A stretch of 64,000 nt of DNA from Alphaproteobacteria bacterium. GTDB taxonomy: Bacteria; Pseudomonadota; Alphaproteobacteria; UBA828; JAPUJA01. Shown here one piece after another: positions 49,386 through 59,901 of this stretch (position 1 is its first letter; every line of letters begins with the position of its first letter). The notes under the pieces were generated by a model. That model was not told where the DNA came from and did no database searches. It saw only the letters and a program-made list of their open reading frames with translations. The translations under genes were made by a program, and so were the position numbers. Where the stretch lies: contig CBDAPE010000019.1 in NCBI GenBank assembly GCA_965198325.1, forward strand, positions 335,063 to 399,062, written 5' to 3'.

Positions 49386-50852
49386 CTAACTGTCCAGACC
49401 GCCGACGCAGTGATACTTGACCTCGAGAAATTCCTCGATGCCGTGATGCGAACCTTCGCGGCCGATGCCAGATTCCTTCATCCCGCCGAACGGTGCTTCG
49501 GGCGCGGATATGATGCCCACGTTGACACCGACGATGCCGTATTCGAGAGCCTCCGCGACCCGCCAGGTCTTGCCGATGTCGCGGGTATAGAAATAGGCGG
49601 CGAGTCCGAATTCGGTATCGTTGGCGAGCTTGATCGCCTCGCCCTCGTCCTCGAAGCGGAAGAGCGGCGCGATCGGCCCGAACGTCTCCTCGCGCGCGAC
49701 CTTCATCTGGGTGTCGACCCCGGTTAGCACGGTGGGCTCGAAGAAGGTGCCGCCCAGCGCGTGGCGTTTACCACCGGTGACGACTTCGGCGCCCTTGCCC
49801 ACGGCGTCCTCGATATGCTCTTCGACCTTTTCCACCGCCGCCATGTCGATCAACGGGCCCTGCTCGGAACCGCCATCAAGACCGGGAGCGACCTTGAGGG
49901 CCGCTGCTGCCTTGGCGAATTTCTCGGCGAACTGGTCGTAGACGCCGTCCTGGACCAGGAAGCGGTTGGCACAGACACAGGTCTGACCGGTGTTGCGGTA
50001 TTTCGACTGCATCGCGCCAACGATCGACGCCTCGATATCGGCATCGTCGAAGACGATAAAGGGCGCGTTGCCGCCGAGCTCCATCGAGACCTTTTTCACG
50101 GTGCCCGCGCACTGGGCGATCAACTTCTTGCCGACCTCGGTGGAGCCGGTGAAGGTCAGCTTGCGAACAATCGGATTGCCGGTGATTTCGCCGCCGATAT
50201 CGCCGGACCCGCCGGTAATCACCGAAACGATGCCCGCCGGAATTCCCGCGCGCTCTGCCAATTCGCACAGCGCCAAGGCCGAATAGGGTGTCGCGGTCGC
50301 CGGCTTGATGACCATCGGGCAGCCCGCGGCCAGTGCGGGACCGGCCTTGCGGGTAATCATGGCGGTGGGAAAATTCCACGGCGTGATCGCAGCGGTCACG
50401 CCCACCGGCTCCTTGGTAACAACGATTCGCCGGTCGGCCAGCGGCGAGGGAATAGTCTCGCCATAGATACGGCGCGCCTCTTCGGCAAACCAATCGAGGA
50501 ACCCCGCAGCGTAGCCAATCTCGCCTTTCGATTCCGCGAGCGGCTTGCCCTGCTCGGCAGTCATGATAAGGGCGAGGTCGTCCTGATTTTCCATCATCAG
50601 ATCGAACCATCTGCGCAAGATACCGCTGCGCTCCTTGGCCGATTTCGACCGCCAGGCGGGATAGGCCGCACTGGCGCCCTCGATGGCGCGTCGGGTTTCG
50701 GCGGCGCCCATCTTGGGAACGGTGCCCAGCACCGACCCGTCGGCCGGATTCGCGACCTCGATCGTCTCACCGGAATCGGCGTTGATCCATTCGCCGTTTA
50801 CGTAGCATTGCTGCCGAAAAAGGCTGGAATCCTTCAGTTGCAGTGCGCTCAT
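49386..50852 (-). CDS. gabD: succinate-semialdehyde dehydrogenase (NAD(P)+)
   Basis: Start MSALQLKDSSLFRQQCYVNGEW (GabD-like N-terminus). ALDH catalytic Cys/Glu motifs. Confidence 0.85.
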   Translation of the reverse strand: MSALQLKDSSLFRQQCYVNGEWINADSGETIEVANPADGSVLGTVPKMGAAETRRAIEGASAAYPAWRSKSAKERSGILRRWFDLMMENQDDLALIMTAEQGKPLAESKGEIGYAAGFLDWFAEEARRIYGETIPSPLADRRIVVTKEPVGVTAAITPWNFPTAMITRKAGPALAAGCPMVIKPATATPYSALALCELAERAGIPAGIVSVITGGSGDIGGEITGNPIVRKLTFTGSTEVGKKLIAQCAGTVKKVSMELGGNAPFIVFDDADIEASIVGAMQSKYRNTGQTCVCANRFLVQDGVYDQFAEKFAKAAAALKVAPGLDGGSEQGPLIDMAAVEKVEEHIEDAVGKGAEVVTGGKRHALGGTFFEPTVLTGVDTQMKVAREETFGPIAPLFRFEDEGEAIKLANDTEFGLAAYFYTRDIGKTWRVAEALEYGIVGVNVGIISAPEAPFGGMKESGIGREGSHHGIEEFLEVKYHCVGGLDS

Positions 50853-50924
50853 CGTCTGGTCTCCCACGATCAAAGGCCCGGGCACAAAATGCGTCCGGAC
50901 TCATAAATTGTTAGGGTCGCCGGC

Positions 50925-51824
50925 TCAGCTGTCGAGCAGGTCGCTAATCTTGGTGCTGTTCCACCCCTCCTCGCGCCGCTTCCAGTAGCCGTTGTGGAGC
51001 TGCATGGTCAGCATGCCCGGCGCGCCGTTACCCAGCGGCTGGTGGTCGATCGCCGTGACCGGCAGGACGCCACCCGCAGAGGAGGTCACGAAGGCTTCAT
51101 CGGTATTGCTCAGCTCGTCGGGATGAACCTTGCGAATTTCACAGGGGATGCCTTCGACTCCGCAGAGTTCGATGGCCGTCTGGCGCGATATCCCGAGCAA
51201 GCAGTTCTCGTCGGGCGTGGCACAGACCCCGTCCTTGACCACGAAGATATTGAAGCCCGGCCCTTCGGACAGGTTGCCGTCGGGTCCGCACAGCACGGCG
51301 TCGTCGCATCCCCTCTCATAGGCGGAATACTGGGACTGGATCAGGTCGGCCCAGTGAAAATTCTTGTAGCGGGCATCGACCGCCCTGCTCGAGATCCGCT
51401 CTATCTCGGACATGTGCAAATCGACCCCCGCCTTGCTTTTCTCCTCGCCCCACAGCCAGATATAGGGGCTGACATAGCAGGTGAACTGGTTTTCGCAGAG
51501 ACGCGGATCGCGGGTACCCTCGGGGTATTGGCCGCGGGTCACATGCATGTGGATGAATCCCGCGTCTTCGCAACCCGCCCGGCGAGTGCATTCGGCCAGC
51601 AGTGCCCCTGTCTCCTCGTCGGAGTAGGGATTCTTCAGGCGGAATCCGGCGCAGGATGCGGCGAAGCGCTCGAGATGCTGCGGAAGTTTGAAGATGTAGC
51701 CGTTCCACGACGTGGTGACGTCATAGACCACATCGGCGTGCAGGAAGCCGGTGTCGAATATCGAAATTTTGGCATCTTCAAGGGATACGAACTCGCCATT
51801 GATGTACGCGCAGCCGATTGACAT
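50925..51824 (-). CDS. PLP fold-type IV aminotransferase (branched-chain / D-amino-acid aminotransferase family)
   Basis: 299 aa. Class IV aminotransferase. Confidence 0.8.
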   Translation of the reverse strand: MSIGCAYINGEFVSLEDAKISIFDTGFLHADVVYDVTTSWNGYIFKLPQHLERFAASCAGFRLKNPYSDEETGALLAECTRRAGCEDAGFIHMHVTRGQYPEGTRDPRLCENQFTCYVSPYIWLWGEEKSKAGVDLHMSEIERISSRAVDARYKNFHWADLIQSQYSAYERGCDDAVLCGPDGNLSEGPGFNIFVVKDGVCATPDENCLLGISRQTAIELCGVEGIPCEIRKVHPDELSNTDEAFVTSSAGGVLPVTAIDHQPLGNGAPGMLTMQLHNGYWKRREEGWNSTKISDLLDS

Positions 51825-51933
51825 CTCCCAAATCTCCCTCTGGATGCGGTGCGATGGGCGTGTTTCGCCCTGTTTTCCTTGGCACGGTAGTCTACGGACG
51901 CAGCCCTGACAAGCGCGCGCACGGTGACAGACT

Positions 51934-53088
51934 TCAGCCGAGGGCCGCCTTGAAATCGGCGATCAGCCCGTCGATGTCCTCGAGCCCAACGGAACAGCGA
52001 ACAAGGCCGTCGGTGATGCCCAACGCCGCGCGCGCGGCCGGCGGCACAAGCGCATGCGAGGTTCGGACGGGAAGCGTCAGCAGGGTCTCCGGCCCGCCCA
52101 GGCTTGGTGCAATGATCGGAATATCGACCGCCGCCATGAAGCGTTCCGCGGCCTCGGCCCCGCCCTCGATCTCAAAGGCCAGCATGCCGCCAAAACCGTC
52201 CAGGAGTTCGACCGCCCGGGCATGATCGGGGTGGCTCTCAAGCCCGGGGTAGCTGACCCGGGATGTGCCGGGATGGGCTTCGAGAAACGTTGCCAGTGCC
52301 AGCGCGGTCGCACTTTGCCGTTCGAACCGAAGCGCCAGTGTCGTCAGGCCGCGCTGAACGAGAAAGCAGGCATGGGGATCGAGCGCGCCACCCAGGCTGA
52401 ACTGCGTCGCGCGGACCGCTTCGACCAGCGCCGAGCGACCGATCACCGCGCCCGCCACCACGTCGGAATGGCCGTTGATGTATTTCGTGCCGCTGTGAAC
52501 CGAGAGATCGTAGCCGAACGCCGGCGCCCGGAAGCCAAGCGGGGTTGCGAAGGTGTTGTCAATCACGGACACCAGGCCGTTCGCCTGCGCGAAAGCAACG
52601 ATCGTCCGGTGATCGGGGACCCGAACCAGCGGATTGGTGACGGTCTCCACATAGATCACCTTGGACGCGGGCGTGATCGCCGCCGTCCAATGGTCGGCCC
52701 CTTCGCCTGGGATTGCCGTGTTGGATATGCCGTAGCGCGCAAGCAGGCCGTTGAGCAGATCGTGGGTGCCACCGTAGAGGCTGTCGAGCACGAGCAGATG
52801 GTCGCCGGGCGCGAGCAGGGTCATCAAGGTCGTCGAGATCGCCGCCATGCCGCTCGACGTGACCAGGGCGGCTTCCCCATCCTCGAGCGCCGCCAGCTTT
52901 TCGCCCAGCGCCAGCTGATTGGGCGTGTTGTTGTAGCGAATGTAGCGGGTGCCCCGGGGATCGCCCACGCCCGTCGATTCGAACATCGCCGTCTGAAACA
53001 CCGGCATAACGACGGCACCATCGATGCGGGGCTCGGGCGTGCCGGCGTGAACCAGCTTCGTGGCGACGGTCTTGGGAGGCTTTTTCAA
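51934..53088 (-). CDS. Cys/Met-metabolism PLP-dependent enzyme (cystathionine gamma-synthase / beta-lyase / methionine gamma-lyase family)
   Basis: 384 aa. PLP-lysine motif SGTKYINGHSDVVAG. Confidence 0.85.
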   Translation of the reverse strand: MKKPPKTVATKLVHAGTPEPRIDGAVVMPVFQTAMFESTGVGDPRGTRYIRYNNTPNQLALGEKLAALEDGEAALVTSSGMAAISTTLMTLLAPGDHLLVLDSLYGGTHDLLNGLLARYGISNTAIPGEGADHWTAAITPASKVIYVETVTNPLVRVPDHRTIVAFAQANGLVSVIDNTFATPLGFRAPAFGYDLSVHSGTKYINGHSDVVAGAVIGRSALVEAVRATQFSLGGALDPHACFLVQRGLTTLALRFERQSATALALATFLEAHPGTSRVSYPGLESHPDHARAVELLDGFGGMLAFEIEGGAEAAERFMAAVDIPIIAPSLGGPETLLTLPVRTSHALVPPAARAALGITDGLVRCSVGLEDIDGLIADFKAALG

Positions 53089-53149
53089 GAGATCTCTCCG
53101 TTTCGCTCAGGACCGGGCGCCGGGCGCAGAACCGCCTTGCGCCGAGGCC

Positions 53150-54001
53150 TTACGCACCGAGGATTGCGGCATGGTGGCGCAGGTGATCTTCCATGAAGCT
53201 ACTGATGAAGTAGTAGCTGTGGTCGTAGCCGTCCTGCATGCGGATCTCGAGCTTCTGCCCGCCTGCGCCACATGCCTCGACGAAGGCCTCGGGCATCAGG
53301 AGGTCATCCTTGAACTCGTCTGCCGTGCCCTGATCGACCAGGATCGTCAGGTCGCGACGCGATGCGCCCACGACCAACTCGCAAGAATCGTAAGCCCGCC
53401 AGGACTCTTCGTCGGTTCCCAGATAGCCTTCGAACGCGTTGCGCCCGATCGAGCAGCGGGTCGGGTTGCAGATCGGGGCAAACGCCGAGCAGGACTTGTA
53501 GAGATCGGGGTTGCGCAGAGCCGCGACGATGGCGCCGTGCCCGCCCATGGAATGGCCGAACACACCCTGGCGATCCGCGTTCGCCGGAAAATGCTCGGCG
53601 ATCACGGCCGGCAGCTCCTGGGTGACGTACGAATACATTCGGTAGTGGTCGGACCAGGGCGTTTGTGTCGCATCGCAGTAAAACCCCGCGCCGCTGCCGA
53701 AGTCCCAATCATCGTCCTCGCCGGCGACGCCCGTGTTGCGCGGGCTGGTATCGGGCGCAACGATCATCAGCCCGAGCTGTGCCGCGACCCGCTGGGCACC
53801 CGCCTTGATGGTGACGTTCTCCTCTGTGCAGGTCAGACCCGAAAGATAGTAGAGCACGGGAACCGGGCCCTCGTCGGCCTGCGGCGGAATAAACACCGCA
53901 AAGCGCATATCGCCACGACACGCCTCGGAGGCGTGGCCGTAGAACCGGGTCGCGCCATCGAAATGGCGGTGCTCCTCGCGCAACGTGGGCGCGGCGCTCA
54001 T
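53150..54001 (-). CDS. frmB: S-formylglutathione hydrolase (esterase D)
   Basis: GHSMGGHGA nucleophile elbow; family-typical N-terminus. Downstream of frmA. Confidence 0.85.
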   Translation of the reverse strand: MSAAPTLREEHRHFDGATRFYGHASEACRGDMRFAVFIPPQADEGPVPVLYYLSGLTCTEENVTIKAGAQRVAAQLGLMIVAPDTSPRNTGVAGEDDDWDFGSGAGFYCDATQTPWSDHYRMYSYVTQELPAVIAEHFPANADRQGVFGHSMGGHGAIVAALRNPDLYKSCSAFAPICNPTRCSIGRNAFEGYLGTDEESWRAYDSCELVVGASRRDLTILVDQGTADEFKDDLLMPEAFVEACGAGGQKLEIRMQDGYDHSYYFISSFMEDHLRHHAAILGA

Positions 54002-54017
54002 CGATTTCTGTCCCACC

Positions 54018-55127
54018 CTAGAAGGTAATGACGCTGCGGATCGACTTGCCTTCGTGCATCAAGTCGAAGGCGTCATTAATCTGGTCGAGCGGCAGGACGT
54101 GGGTGATCAGATCGTCGATGTTGATCTTGCCGTCCATGTACCAATCGACGATCTTCGGCACGTCGGTTCGGCCCTTGGTGCCACCGAATGCCGTGCCCCG
54201 CCAGACGCGGCCGGTGACGAGTTGGAACGGGCGAGTGCAGATCTCCTGGCCCGCGCCGGCAACGCCGATGATGACGCTTTCGCCCCAACCCTTGTGGCAG
54301 CATTCGAGTGCCTGGCGCATGGTCGCCACGTTGCCGATGCATTCGAAGCTGTAATCGGCACCGCCCTTGGTGAGGTCGACGAGATAGGGCACGAGATCGT
54401 CTTCGACTTCCTTTGGGTTGACGAAATGGGTCATGCCGAATTTCTCGCCGAGCGCCTCGCGGGCCGGATTGAGATCGACGCCGACAATCATGTCGGCACC
54501 CACCAGACGCAGGCCCTGAATCACGTTGAGCCCGATACCGCCCAGCCCGAAAACCACGCAATTCGCACCCGGTTCGACGTTCGCGGTGTTGATCACGGCG
54601 CCGATGCCCGTTGTGACGCCGCAGCCGATGTAGCAGATCTTCTCGAACGGCGCGTCCTCGCGGACCTTGGCGACGGCAATCTCGGGCAGGACGGTGTGGT
54701 TAGCGAAGGTCGAGGTGCCCATGTAATGGAACAGCTTGTCCTTGCCGATAGAAAACCGGCTCGTGCCGTCGGGCATGACACCCTGACCCTGGGTAACACG
54801 GATCGCCTGACAGAGGTTGGTCCTGCCGGACGTGCAGTATTCGCACTGACGGCATTCGGGAGTGTAAAGCGGAATGACGTGATCGCCCGGGGCAACGCTG
54901 ACCACGCCATCGCCGACGTCGACCACCACGCCCGCGCCCTCATGTCCGAGGATCGCCGGGAATAAACCCTCGGGGTCGGCTCCCGATCGGGTGAACTCGT
55001 CGGTGTGGCAAACGCCCGTCGCCTTGATTTCGACGAGCACCTCGCCGGCTCTCGGCCCGTCTAGTTGGACCGTTTCGACGGAGAGCGGCTTGTCCGCCTC
55101 GAACGCTACGGCTGCCCTGGTGTCCAT
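54018..55127 (-). CDS. frmA: S-(hydroxymethyl)glutathione dehydrogenase (class III alcohol dehydrogenase)
   Basis: Start MDTRAAVAFEADKPLSVETVQL; GHEGAGVV and GVCHTD zinc motifs. 370 aa. SD GGGAG 8 nt upstream. Confidence 0.9.
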   Translation of the reverse strand: MDTRAAVAFEADKPLSVETVQLDGPRAGEVLVEIKATGVCHTDEFTRSGADPEGLFPAILGHEGAGVVVDVGDGVVSVAPGDHVIPLYTPECRQCEYCTSGRTNLCQAIRVTQGQGVMPDGTSRFSIGKDKLFHYMGTSTFANHTVLPEIAVAKVREDAPFEKICYIGCGVTTGIGAVINTANVEPGANCVVFGLGGIGLNVIQGLRLVGADMIVGVDLNPAREALGEKFGMTHFVNPKEVEDDLVPYLVDLTKGGADYSFECIGNVATMRQALECCHKGWGESVIIGVAGAGQEICTRPFQLVTGRVWRGTAFGGTKGRTDVPKIVDWYMDGKINIDDLITHVLPLDQINDAFDLMHEGKSIRSVITF

Positions 55128-55478
55128 GATTGATCTCCCTCTGCGCGCCAAATGTTTCGCCCGATTGTAAACGGCCCGGGCAGGCGGCACCAACCCCTTC
55201 GATAGCGGTTTCGGCCCCGGTCGAGCCGGAAGACGGCCGGTCGGGCGACGGTTCCTCGTATCGCCACGCTGCTCCGGATTGCGGGCACGACGCACCACGG
55301 GCGGATCGCGGCGAACGCGATCCTCCGCACGCCCCTCTATCGGAGTAGTCTCGGAATGGTCTCTGGAACCGTCGATCGTCGGCCTCGGGATCAATGCCCG
55401 GCGTCGGCCTTCCCGGATTCACGGTGGAACAGGATGGATGCGGACTCGCCGATCGCAGTCGTGGGGGCAGCCACGGTG

Positions 55479-56579
55479 CTACATGGCGTGCAGCCGCTCC
55501 TTCTTCGGATCGAAGAAGGGCATGGGTACGACCGCTGCCGCACAGCTTACGGTTTCGCCTTTAATTTCGACGGCAGCCCCGATCGCGGTGTGCGCCGGCG
55601 CGATATGGCACATCGCAATCGACTTACCGAGCGCGCGGGAATAGGCCGGGCTGTTTACGGTCCCGACTTTCTCACCACCGACCAAAATATCGGCACCCGC
55701 ATCGACGGCAGCGTCATGCTGGGCCTCGATTCCACAGGTCAGCACCTTCTCCTTGCCTTCGAGCTCGAACAGCGCCGCCCGGCCCCGAAAATCCCCCTTC
55801 TTGCGGGAGACTGACCACGCACAGGCGCATTCCCACGGGGTGTGTTCCGGCGTCGCATCGCCGCCGTAAAACAGGAGTGCGCTTTCGACATGGAGAATGT
55901 CGAGACCACCGAAACTGATCGGGGTCATGCCGTACTGCCGACCGTCATCCAGGATCTGATTGTAGACGTCGACCGCGTTGGCTGCAGCGACACAGACCTC
56001 GTAACCCCGATCGCCGGAGAACCCGGTCCGCGAGATCGTCACGTCGACGCCGTATAGTTGTGTATCGATGTGATGGCAGAACGGCACTTCGGCGAGATTG
56101 CCCGTGCAGTGAGCATCGAGCAGATCGATCGATTTGGGACCTTGAACCGAGAGCATGTGAAGATCGTCGTCGAACTCGGCGACGGCATCCTTGCCCCTCG
56201 CGGAATCGGCCAGCATCGCTGCGCAGTCGCCGCCGCCATGGACGACGAGATAGTCGTTTTCGGCAAGGTTGTAGATGTAGGCGTCGTCGCAGAAATGGCC
56301 GTTGTCCTCCAGAACCGGCGTGTAGGCCGATTTGCCCACATAGATCTTGCTCATGTCGCGGGTGGCCAGGTGATCGACCACGGCGAGAGCATCGGGCCCG
56401 CGCAGGCGATGTTTCTTGAGCGCGGAGGTGTCCCACATGCCGGCCCCGTTCCGAACCGAATCCCGTTCGTCCTGGGGGTCGGTGGGGAAAGAAAACGGCA
56501 CGTCCATGTCGTTCCATTCGCCCATTTCTCCGCCCAGCTCGCGCAGTCTGGCGTCGAGCGCCGATACCCTTGCAGCCAT
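55479..56579 (-). CDS. GcvT-family aminomethyltransferase (folate-binding; DmdA / sarcosine-oxidase-gamma-like demethylase family)
   Basis: 366 aa. Aminomethyltransferase fold; co-oriented with the flavoprotein upstream. Confidence 0.75.
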   Translation of the reverse strand: MAARVSALDARLRELGGEMGEWNDMDVPFSFPTDPQDERDSVRNGAGMWDTSALKKHRLRGPDALAVVDHLATRDMSKIYVGKSAYTPVLEDNGHFCDDAYIYNLAENDYLVVHGGGDCAAMLADSARGKDAVAEFDDDLHMLSVQGPKSIDLLDAHCTGNLAEVPFCHHIDTQLYGVDVTISRTGFSGDRGYEVCVAAANAVDVYNQILDDGRQYGMTPISFGGLDILHVESALLFYGGDATPEHTPWECACAWSVSRKKGDFRGRAALFELEGKEKVLTCGIEAQHDAAVDAGADILVGGEKVGTVNSPAYSRALGKSIAMCHIAPAHTAIGAAVEIKGETVSCAAAVVPMPFFDPKKERLHAM

Positions 56580-56621
56580 GATCTATCTCCCTTCTTTCAT
56601 GTCCCCGATCGGATCTCGCCG

Positions 56622-58796
56622 TCAACCGATCTTCGGGTAGGTTTCGCTTCCCCAGATCTGGCGCTCCCGAATGTAGGGCAACGGCCTCTGGGGATCGCCG
56701 GACTCAATTTCCCGGGCAATTCGGTGCCCCTCGAAGACAGCGTCCGCGATGTAGCGGGGCGCGTAGGCATCGCCCGAGAGGTAGATCCCCTGAATCTCGT
56801 TCTCCTCCCACTCTGGCTGGCGCGCCTTGAGGTCGCGGAATAGCCCATCGTTGGAAAGCCGGGCCGTGACGAGGATGACCGAGTCGACCATGAAGTTCTC
56901 ATGTGCGGTGCCCTGGGCACGTGGCAACTCGCCGACGCGCGGCTCCGTGGTCCGGCGGTAGCCGTCGCGCGAGAGATCGTAGGCCTGCACCCGAACTTCA
57001 TTGCCGATCTCGACCTCTTCGACCCAGTGGCCGGTACGAATCGCAATGCCCTTTTCGTGCAACATCCGATGCAGGTTCGGACCTTCGAGGGTGAACTCGG
57101 TATAGGGTGCCACCGTGCCCTGCTGGGTGATTAGGGTGACGTCCTTGCCCTGATCGCACAGAAACTCGGCCATGCCGACGCCGGTAAAATAGCCATCCGC
57201 ATCCAGCACGACGACCCGGTCGCCGACCTCCTTGCCGGCCATTACCTGTTCAGGCGTGCAGAACTGCGCCTGAGAGGCATCGACATTGGCAATATTCTCG
57301 TGATCGATCGAATTGTGGCCATCCTGCGCCCAATAGGAGCCGGTGGCGACCACCACCTTGTCGGCGCCATAGCCCAACACGTCGTCCGCCGATAGACGGG
57401 ATTTGGTATGGACCTCGACGTTCTTGAGCTTGTCGAGCTGAATCTGACGGTAGGTGATCACCCGACCCCATTCGGACAAGCCCGGATAGCGCTGAATATC
57501 CCTCATGCTGCCGCCGATCTCCGCGTCGGCCTCGACGAGGTGAACCTCGTAGCCCCGCTCACCCAGTACCCGGGCGCATTCCATGCCCGAAGGACCGGCG
57601 CCAACCACGAGAACCGAAGCAGCCTCTTTCGCCTTCTCGAACTTCTCCGGATGCCAGCCCCGGCGGTATTCTTCCATCGCGGTGGCGTTCTGGGTGCAGA
57701 TCAGCGGTGGGCCGCCGATTTCCCAACGCGAGATGCACATGTTGCAGCCGATGCATTCGCGAATGTCATCGAGCCGGCCTTCCTCGAGCTTTTTGGGCAG
57801 GAACGGGTCGGAGATCGAGGGCCGCGCCGCACCGATGATATCGGCCTGACCCGACTTGATGATCTCGACCATATCGTCGGGGCTGGTCACCCGCCCGACC
57901 GTAAGGACGGGCACATTGGCGACCGATTTGACATCCTTGACCCAGGGCCGTTGATGGTTGGCCTTGTAGAATCGCGACGGACCCGCGTCCTCGCCCCATT
58001 CGGCGATATCAGCGACGTTGACGTCCCACATGTCCGCAAGGCCTTCGCGGGTGACGATCTCGACAAACTTGATGCCGTCATCGCCCGCCTCGACGCCTGC
58101 CGGGCCGATGATCGTATCGATGGCAAAGCGCGTCACGACGGCGCAGTTGGCGCCGACCGCTTCGCGAACGCCCGCGAGCGCTTCGAGCCAGAAGCGTGAG
58201 CGGTTCTCGAGCGAACCGCCATATTCGTCGGTACGCTTGTTGTAGTATTTCGAGAGGAACTGCAACGGCAAATAGCTGTGTGCACCATAGACATAGATGA
58301 TGTCGAACCCGGCCTGTTCCGCCCGCTTCGCGCCTTCGACATACATTTTGATCAGTTTCTTAATGTCGTCCGAATCCGCCTCGTGGGGATAGGTGCGGCT
58401 TTCAAAATTGGACGAATAGGGCGACGGGCTCATAGGCACATGACGGGTTTCCATACAGGGCGCGTGGGGTCCGCCATGCCACATCTCGCAACCGGCCAGC
58501 GCACCGTGCACATGGATACTATCGGTCATGTGACGCAGGTTGATGACATCGCCTTCGTCCCACAGACGCGCGTGCACCCGTGGCGTATCGTCCGAATCCG
58601 GATCGATGGAGCAATATTCAGTACATTGCGCGGCCCAACCGCCTTCGGCACGCATTGCCCGATAGGCGGCCTGGACGCCGGGCTTATCCGATCCGGCGCC
58701 AATACAATGGGGCACCACATAAAACCGGTTCTTCAGGGTTTTCGGACCAATCTGAATCGGTTCAAACAGAATGTCGTACTTCGGATCGCGTGCCAT
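56622..58796 (-). CDS. trimethylamine/dimethylamine dehydrogenase-like flavoprotein (OYE-like FMN + 4Fe-4S + FAD/NAD domains; StcD/TMADH family)
   Basis: Start MARDPKYDILFEPIQIGPKTLKNRFYVVPHC... (OYE TIM barrel). CIGCNMCISR 4Fe-4S motif; C-terminal VLVVGAGPSG. About 724 aa. Confidence 0.85.
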   Translation of the reverse strand: MARDPKYDILFEPIQIGPKTLKNRFYVVPHCIGAGSDKPGVQAAYRAMRAEGGWAAQCTEYCSIDPDSDDTPRVHARLWDEGDVINLRHMTDSIHVHGALAGCEMWHGGPHAPCMETRHVPMSPSPYSSNFESRTYPHEADSDDIKKLIKMYVEGAKRAEQAGFDIIYVYGAHSYLPLQFLSKYYNKRTDEYGGSLENRSRFWLEALAGVREAVGANCAVVTRFAIDTIIGPAGVEAGDDGIKFVEIVTREGLADMWDVNVADIAEWGEDAGPSRFYKANHQRPWVKDVKSVANVPVLTVGRVTSPDDMVEIIKSGQADIIGAARPSISDPFLPKKLEEGRLDDIRECIGCNMCISRWEIGGPPLICTQNATAMEEYRRGWHPEKFEKAKEAASVLVVGAGPSGMECARVLGERGYEVHLVEADAEIGGSMRDIQRYPGLSEWGRVITYRQIQLDKLKNVEVHTKSRLSADDVLGYGADKVVVATGSYWAQDGHNSIDHENIANVDASQAQFCTPEQVMAGKEVGDRVVVLDADGYFTGVGMAEFLCDQGKDVTLITQQGTVAPYTEFTLEGPNLHRMLHEKGIAIRTGHWVEEVEIGNEVRVQAYDLSRDGYRRTTEPRVGELPRAQGTAHENFMVDSVILVTARLSNDGLFRDLKARQPEWEENEIQGIYLSGDAYAPRYIADAVFEGHRIAREIESGDPQRPLPYIRERQIWGSETYPKIG

Positions 58797-59466
58797 GAGA
58801 TTCAACTCCCTTCCTGTTTGGGTTGCGTGCCCAGTTGATCCGGGCGCTTCCAGTTGCCGGCCGGGCCCATCCGACCGCGGACACCGGCCCCGCATCGCCA
58901 CCCTGCCGGCGTCGATGCGCGTGCGCCTGCCCTGCGAATCAGCCTCGGCTCAGTATGGTGCCGGTCGGACCTGCGTCCTTGACTCATATCAAACGCCGGT
59001 CCGGCCATCTCCGGGGATGTCATATGCGTTTTACAGCTTGTATGGTGCGTTCCCGCAGACTTGGCACCTTGTGGGCCGCAGACAGGACACGTATTGTACA
59101 TGAATTCAGCCGTTGTCGCCGCTGTCGCGCCCGGGGGAGAGTTGGCGCGCAAAGGGCAGGCGGCAGCCCTGCCAACACCGCGCGACGCCGTCGGCGTTAG
59201 GTTTCGCCACGCACTTGGGTGGTATCTCCCCATTACACCCCCGGAATCGTTCGCGCCCCACGCCCCTCAACCGCTGGCGCTCACGCAATGATTACCCCGT
59301 TCGACCAAAGCCGGCAACCAGCTTAGCCAAATTGGCCTACCGACTCAATGATACCAATTATGCCTATTGGTTATGTTGTGATAAGGGGTTAAGCGATAAC
59401 ACGTCTAAACCAATTTCATAATATTGGTTTAACTCGCGACCGGATCCGATTCGGCCTGCGGCGAGA

Positions 59467-59901
59467 TCAACGGGGCTCGGTCCGGCTGACCGGTCGAAGC
59501 AACGTGGCACCATCCGCAGCATCGCTCTCGATAATGAAATAGTGGCCGTCTCGCGCTGCGCGCTCGACCGACTGATCGAGGTCCGGCCGGCAAATTAGCG
59601 CACCTGCGCGCAACCAGGCGACGCCGATAATCGTGCCGAGTTCGACCCGCGGCATGTGGACCGAGCTCGGCAGGATGACGGCGCGTTTACCGACCGCGTC
59701 GCAGAGAGACGGCGGGTCCGGGGCATCCGCGCAGATGTCTTCGACCGGCGACTCTGCCAGCGCCCCAAACGATACCGCGCCAGCCAGGATCGCGCCGCGG
59801 ACGGCGCCGCGCCCAGTCGGTCCTATTGACCGGCGGGCGGGAGACTCGAGTTCCAGATGTCGATGGCGATCTGCCACTTTCCGTTCGGCCCGCGCTTCCA
59901 A
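59467..59901 (-). CDS. hypothetical ORF (uncertain; may be a GC-frame artefact or shorter)
   Basis: 144-aa ORF overlapping the 3' end of the downstream NTF2-like gene by 79 nt. Only the C-terminal half looks protein-like. Confidence 0.25.
   Translation of the reverse strand: MEARAERKVADRHRHLELESPARRSIGPTGRGAVRGAILAGAVSFGALAESPVEDICADAPDPPSLCDAVGKRAVILPSSVHMPRVELGTIIGVAWLRAGALICRPDLDQSVERAARDGHYFIIESDAADGATLLRPVSRTEPR

Noticed and set aside
58771-59421. ORFs 58771..59103+, 58802..59233-, 58823..59200+, 59113..59421+ in the long intergenic region
   Set aside because: Mutually overlapping, compositionally biased (Arg/Ala/Gly/Pro), no RBS. Treated as non-coding leader sequence.
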